In this document: one piece after another, positions 28,244-32,000 of the stretch | How positions within the stretch are numbered: the stretch's first letter is position 1 | How the letters are laid out: the number at the start of each line of letters is the position of its first letter | NCBI RefSeq assembly: GCF_000284115.1 | Contig: NC_017080.1 | Span: forward strand, 3,270,001 to 3,302,000 | Direction of reading: 5' to 3' | DNA: 32,000 nt | Origin: Phycisphaera mikurensis NBRC 102666 | Lineage (GTDB): Bacteria > Planctomycetota > Phycisphaerae > Phycisphaerales > Phycisphaeraceae | Program-made: the position numbers and the translations under genes | The notes under the pieces: model-generated | The model's input: the letters and a program-made list of their open reading frames with translations, nothing else | Told to the model about the DNA's origin: nothing | Databases searched by the model: none

Positions 28244-28291
28244 GCCGCGGACCGTCGCCCCGAAACGAGCCAAGCCCCGACGGTCCGCGGC
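28244..28291. repeat. 14-bp perfect inverted repeat in divergent intergenic region
   Basis: GCCGCGGACCGTCG (28244-28257) / CGACGGTCCGCGGC (28278-28291), 20-nt loop. Confidence 0.8.
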
Positions 28292-28371
28292 CTTCCAGCC
28301 GGGCGCGGGTTCAGCGCCCGTTGCCATCTCGCACGCGCCCGCCGAGCGGGCGCCCCGCCCGGAAAGCCACT

Positions 28372-30453
28372 GTGGACGCCGACAACACCCCCAACAACGA
28401 CCCGAACCCCCAAGCGGACGCACCGAGCACCCCGCCGAGCCCCGGCGGCGAAGCGGCGGCGGCCCCCGAGCCCGGCGCCTCCGCGACCGACGCCGCAGGA
28501 GCGTCGGGCGTCGAGACCGAGCCCGCCGAGCCGGCGCAAGACGGCCCGGGGTTCGCCGACCTGGGCCTCTCCGCGGCCGTGCTCGCCGGCCTCGAGCGCA
28601 TCGGCTACGAGCAGCCTTCGCCGATCCAGGCGGCCATCATCCCCGCGGTGCTCTCCGGCGTCGACGTGATCGGCCAGGCCCAGACCGGCACCGGCAAGAC
28701 GGCCGCCTTCGCGCTGCCGATCCTCTCGAAGCTCCAGGGGGTGCCCGCGGGCGGCGGGTCGGTCCGCTTCGAGGCGCCCGCAGCGCCGACCGCCCTCGTG
28801 CTCGCGCCCACCCGCGAGCTCGCGATCCAGGTCGCCGAGGCGTTCCAGACCTACGCCCAGAAGATGCCCGGCTTCCACGTCGTGCCCGTTTACGGCGGGG
28901 CCGACTACACGACGCAGCTGCGGGCGTTCAGCCGCGGCGTCCACGTCGTCGTCGGCACGCCCGGGCGGGTCCTGGACCACATGAAGCGCGGGACGCTCAA
29001 CGTCCAGCACCTCCAGCACCTCGTGCTCGACGAGGCCGACGAGATGCTGCGGATGGGCTTCATCGAGGACGTGGAGTACGTGCTCGACGAGATCCCCGAC
29101 GCCGCGCAGGTCGCGCTGTTTTCGGCGACGATGCCCGCCCAGATCAAGCGGATCGCCCAGAGCAAGCTCAAGGACCCCCAGCACATCCGGACCGCCGGCA
29201 AGACCAAGACCGCCGAGACCGTGCGCCAGCGGTACGCGTACGTGCCCGGCCGGCGCAAGATCAACGCCCTCACCCGCGTGCTCGACGCCGAGCCGCACGA
29301 GGCGGTGCTCGTCTTCGTGCGGACCCGCAACGCGTGCACCGAGGTCGCCGACCAACTCCAGGCCCGCGGGCACGCCGCCGAGGCGCTCTCGGGCGAGGTC
29401 CCGCAGCGGCAGCGCGAGCGGATCGTCGAGTCGCTCAAGGATGGACGCATCGACGTCGTGGTGGCCACCGACGTGGCGGCCCGCGGCCTCGACGTCGAGC
29501 GCGTCGGCCACGTCATCAACTACGACATGCCCACCGACCCGGAGGCGTACATCCACCGCATCGGGCGCACCGGTCGGGCCGGGCGCAGCGGCGAGGCGAT
29601 CCTCTTCGTGACGCCCCGCGAGAAGCGGATGCTCGGCGAGCTCGAGCGGATCACCGGGCAGGCCATCGAGGAGATGCAGCCGCCGTCCGACAAGGACATC
29701 CGCGACCTCCGCGTCAGCCGCTTCCTCGCCGCCGTCGACGCGCAGCCCGAGGAGCAGCCCGAGGCCGTGGCCTTCTTCCGCGGTCTCCTGGAGAAGCGGG
29801 CCGCCGAGCAGGACCTGGACCCGCTGGACCTTGCGGCGAACCTCGCGGCGCTGGCCCAGGGCGACCGGCCGATCGTGGGGGCGGCGACGCCCGATGGCGA
29901 GGACGAGCCGCCGCGTCGGCCCCGCGTGCAGGGCGAGCGGGAGCAGCCGAAGGGGCGCTTCGTGGCCCCGCCGCCCGCGTCGCGAGAGGGCTTCTCCCGC
30001 ACGCAACGCGGCGAGAAGCCCCGCGGCGACGGCCGCGAGGTGCCCGAGGGCTTCGAGCGCTACCGCCTCGACGTCGGCCGCGATGACGGCGCCGGGCCGA
30101 GCAACTTCGTGGGCGCCATCACCGGCGAGACCGGCCTCACCGGCGGCGACATCGGCCGCATCGCGTTGCACGACGCCTACGCCACCGTCGACCTGCCCGC
30201 CGGGATGCCGCCGCAGGTCTTCGCCCTGCTCAAGAAGCTGGAGGTGATGGGCAAGCCCCTGAACCTCGTGAAGATGGAGGGCGGCGGGCACGCCCACCAC
30301 GCGGGCGGCGGCGGGAGCGGCCGGGCGCCGAGCCACGGCGGGTTCGCACACCCGAAGAAGAAGTTTGGCGGGAAGCCCGGCTTCGGCGGGCCGAAGAAGG
30401 CCGGGGCCAAGCGATTCGCCGGCGGGAAGAAGTTCGGCGGGAAGAAGTCCTGA
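28372..30453 (+). CDS. DEAD-box ATP-dependent RNA helicase with DbpA-like RNA-binding domain and basic Gly-rich tail
   Basis: AQTGTGKTAAFALP, VLDEADEMLRMGF, SATMPAQIKRI, YIHRIGRTGRAGRSG, C-terminal FVGAITGETGLTGGDIGRIALHDAYATVDLP and FGGKKFGGKK tail. Start may alternatively be TTG 28321. Confidence 0.93.
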   Translation: MDADNTPNNDPNPQADAPSTPPSPGGEAAAAPEPGASATDAAGASGVETEPAEPAQDGPGFADLGLSAAVLAGLERIGYEQPSPIQAAIIPAVLSGVDVIGQAQTGTGKTAAFALPILSKLQGVPAGGGSVRFEAPAAPTALVLAPTRELAIQVAEAFQTYAQKMPGFHVVPVYGGADYTTQLRAFSRGVHVVVGTPGRVLDHMKRGTLNVQHLQHLVLDEADEMLRMGFIEDVEYVLDEIPDAAQVALFSATMPAQIKRIAQSKLKDPQHIRTAGKTKTAETVRQRYAYVPGRRKINALTRVLDAEPHEAVLVFVRTRNACTEVADQLQARGHAAEALSGEVPQRQRERIVESLKDGRIDVVVATDVAARGLDVERVGHVINYDMPTDPEAYIHRIGRTGRAGRSGEAILFVTPREKRMLGELERITGQAIEEMQPPSDKDIRDLRVSRFLAAVDAQPEEQPEAVAFFRGLLEKRAAEQDLDPLDLAANLAALAQGDRPIVGAATPDGEDEPPRRPRVQGEREQPKGRFVAPPPASREGFSRTQRGEKPRGDGREVPEGFERYRLDVGRDDGAGPSNFVGAITGETGLTGGDIGRIALHDAYATVDLPAGMPPQVFALLKKLEVMGKPLNLVKMEGGGHAHHAGGGGSGRAPSHGGFAHPKKKFGGKPGFGGPKKAGAKRFAGGKKFGGKKS

Positions 30454-30506
30454 CCGCGGGAGGAGGCGGTTGCGGCGCGGGGGTGGACGCCACCGGGGCC
30501 GCTCCA

Positions 30507-30520
30507 TAGCTTCCTCCATG
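30507..30520 (+). promoter_or_regulatory. Leaderless -10/start module (PNPOx-like gene)
   Basis: TAGCTT, 5 nt, ATG. Confidence 0.55.
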
Positions 30521-31084
30521 AGCAACGAATCCACCGAGAACCCGCACGCGGGCAGCGTGCCGACCGAGAAGAAGATCGACGAGCTCTACGGGCTCATCGC
30601 CGAGATGGAAATCGCGTTGATGACGACCCGCCGGCCCGACGGCCGGCTGGTCACCCGCCCCATGGACACGCAGGAGCGTGGCCCCGACGGCGACCTCTGG
30701 TTCGTCACGGATGCCTCCGCCGAGAAGGTCGCCGAGCTGGAGCACGACGATCACGTGTGCCTGGGCTACTACAACGGCAAGACCCGCGAGTGGGTCTCGG
30801 TGAGCGGCACCGCCCGCCTCACGCGAGACCGCGAGCGCATCCGCGAGCTGTACCAACCCGACTGGAAGGCCTGGTTCCAGGACGAGGGCGGCGACCGCGA
30901 CGGAGGACCCGACGACCCGCGGCTGGCGCTGATCGTGGTCGAAGCCGATTCGGTCCACTACATGAAGGCGGAGCACTCGCGTCCGGTGCAGCTCTTCGAA
31001 GTCGCCCGGGGCGTCGTCACCGGAAGCCGTCCCGACGTCGGCCGCGAGGAAACGCTGTCCGCGCAAGACCTGGCGGGCCGCTGA
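30518..31084 (+). CDS. Pyridoxamine 5'-phosphate oxidase-fold general-stress-type protein
   Basis: MEIALMTTRRPDGRLVTRPMDTQE...LWFVTDASAEKVAELEHDDHVCLGYYNGKTREWVSVSGTARLTRDRERIRELY. Confidence 0.88.
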   Translation: MSNESTENPHAGSVPTEKKIDELYGLIAEMEIALMTTRRPDGRLVTRPMDTQERGPDGDLWFVTDASAEKVAELEHDDHVCLGYYNGKTREWVSVSGTARLTRDRERIRELYQPDWKAWFQDEGGDRDGGPDDPRLALIVVEADSVHYMKAEHSRPVQLFEVARGVVTGSRPDVGREETLSAQDLAGR

Positions 31085-31163
31085 GCGGGAGGACGAGGAC
31101 GGTCGCCGTGGTCCCCGACCGCCGCGCGGCCGATCGCGGTCGGCATCGGTCGGAGCGACACGC

Positions 31164-31517
31164 TCAACCGCCCGCCGGCTTGACACCCGAGAAGCCACGC
31201 TCCCGCAGCAGCGAGACGAGCGCTTCGCGGTGGTCCCCCTGCACCTCGAAGCCGTCGCCGCGGAGCCCGCCGCCGGCGGAGACGCTCGCTTTCGCCGCCT
31301 TCAGCAGGCCCGCCAGGTCGCTGGCGTCGGGATCCAGCCGCGTCACCACCGTCACCCACTTGCCCCGGCGCCTCTCCCGCCGCACCCGCGGCTCTTGGTC
31401 CGCGTGCCGCAGGACCGCCCCGCTCGCGTCCCTCGGGCACGCGCAGCCGCCGATCGCCAGCCCGCACGCCTGGCAGGTGACCGGCCGCTCCAGCGGGGTT
31501 CCGTCGAAGAGTCCCAT
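31164..31517 (-). CDS. SUI1/YciH (eIF1-like) translation factor homologue
   Basis: KWVTVVTRLDPDASDLAGLLKAAKASVSAGGGLRGDGFEVQGDHREALVSLLRERGFSGVKPAGG. Confidence 0.85.
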   Translation of the reverse strand: MGLFDGTPLERPVTCQACGLAIGGCACPRDASGAVLRHADQEPRVRRERRRGKWVTVVTRLDPDASDLAGLLKAAKASVSAGGGLRGDGFEVQGDHREALVSLLRERGFSGVKPAGG

Positions 31518-31529
31518 GCGGGGACGCTA
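31515..31529 (-). promoter_or_regulatory. Leaderless -10/start module (SUI1 gene)
   Basis: Minus strand TAGCGT, 6 nt, ATG. Confidence 0.6.
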
Positions 31530-31812
31530 CCGCCCCGGGGGCGGGCCGGCCGATCTCGCGGATCGCCGGGCTTGCGGGTGCGGAGCGGGGGCCGGCCAGG
31601 AGCCGCTCCGACCCCGGCGTGCGCGGTGCGGGGCTCGGCCTCGCCGCGGCGGGCCCGGGGAGCGACCGCTGCCGGAGGCTGGGATTTCGGCGCTCCCGGG
31701 GTTACGGTGGAGGCCGGCTCCTTGGCCCGGGGAGGCAACGCCAGCCCGTGAAGCCTTTCCGAGGGGGTCGGATCCGCGGGGAATCACTCCCCGGCTCTGA
31801 AAGGAGCAACGC

Positions 31813-32000
31813 ATGGGATTGTTGAAGAAGTGTTCTGCCGAGGCCGTGGGGACGTTCTGGCTGGTGTTCGGGGGCTGCGGCAGCGCGGTGCTCGCGGCGG
31901 GGTTCCCCGAGGTCGGGATCGGCCTGCTCGGGGTGTCGCTGGCCTTCGGGCTCACCGTGCTCACGATGGCCTTCGCGATCGGGCACATCTCCGGCTGCCA
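31813..32000 (+). CDS. aqpZ: Aquaporin Z-like channel, N-terminal part (truncated by window)
   Basis: [62 protein letters not shown]; SD AAGGAG upstream. Confidence 0.82.
   Translation, partial: MGLLKKCSAEAVGTFWLVFGGCGSAVLAAGFPEVGIGLLGVSLAFGLTVLTMAFAIGHISGC

Noticed and set aside
27508-30534. Upstream extension of the dxs frame to 30534
   Set aside because: dxs begins naturally at ATG 27162 (MPDPAPLLTPDLAPADLRRM); the rest is antisense or low-complexity sequence across idsA-like and helicase genes.
31700-31812. Possible riboswitch upstream of the aquaporin gene
   Set aside because: A small GGGGA/TCCCC hairpin is present, but I could not match the region to any known riboswitch core; an Infernal/Rfam scan would decide.
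1-32000. tRNA, rRNA, transposase, integrase, toxin-antitoxin or phage-defence systems
   Set aside because: None recognised; no ORF has those family motifs. Uma2 (15941..16501) is nuclease-fold-like but solitary.

Overview
GC-rich chromosomal window, most likely from a planctomycete (Phycisphaera-like; inferred from PEP-CTERM proteins, gene content and composition, not verified). I support about 27 protein genes, mostly housekeeping: response-regulator fragment, divergent CTP synthase (pyrG), cyclic-nucleotide-binding/thioredoxin-reductase-like fusion, ACT protein, VIT/CCC1 transporter, tRNA-dihydrouridine synthase, pgi, large secreted repeat protein, oppF-type ATPase, SUMF1-fold PEP-CTERM protein, AhbA/B-like fusion, Uma2, Na/Ca antiporter, PGPGW+KtrB/TrkH fusion, beta-helix protein, second PEP-CTERM protein, truA, glycosyltransferase, dxs, polyprenyl synthase, DEAD-box helicase, PNPOx-like protein, SUI1/YciH and the start of an aquaporin. 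I see no RNA genes, CRISPR array or transposase. Two observations stand out. (1) Upstream of truA there is an exact 176-bp-period array in which the first 84 nt of truA occur three times, separated by a nearly invariant 92-nt structured spacer. The outermost 84-nt copy has diverged (70/84) while the spacers are 91/92 identical, which looks like repeated insertion of a small element that rebuilds the 5' end of its target gene. (2) Twelve of about 26 start codons have a TANNNT hexamer (mostly TAGNNT) only 5-8 nt upstream on the correct strand, implying widespread leaderless transcription. The truA repeat units each carry such a promoter-start module.
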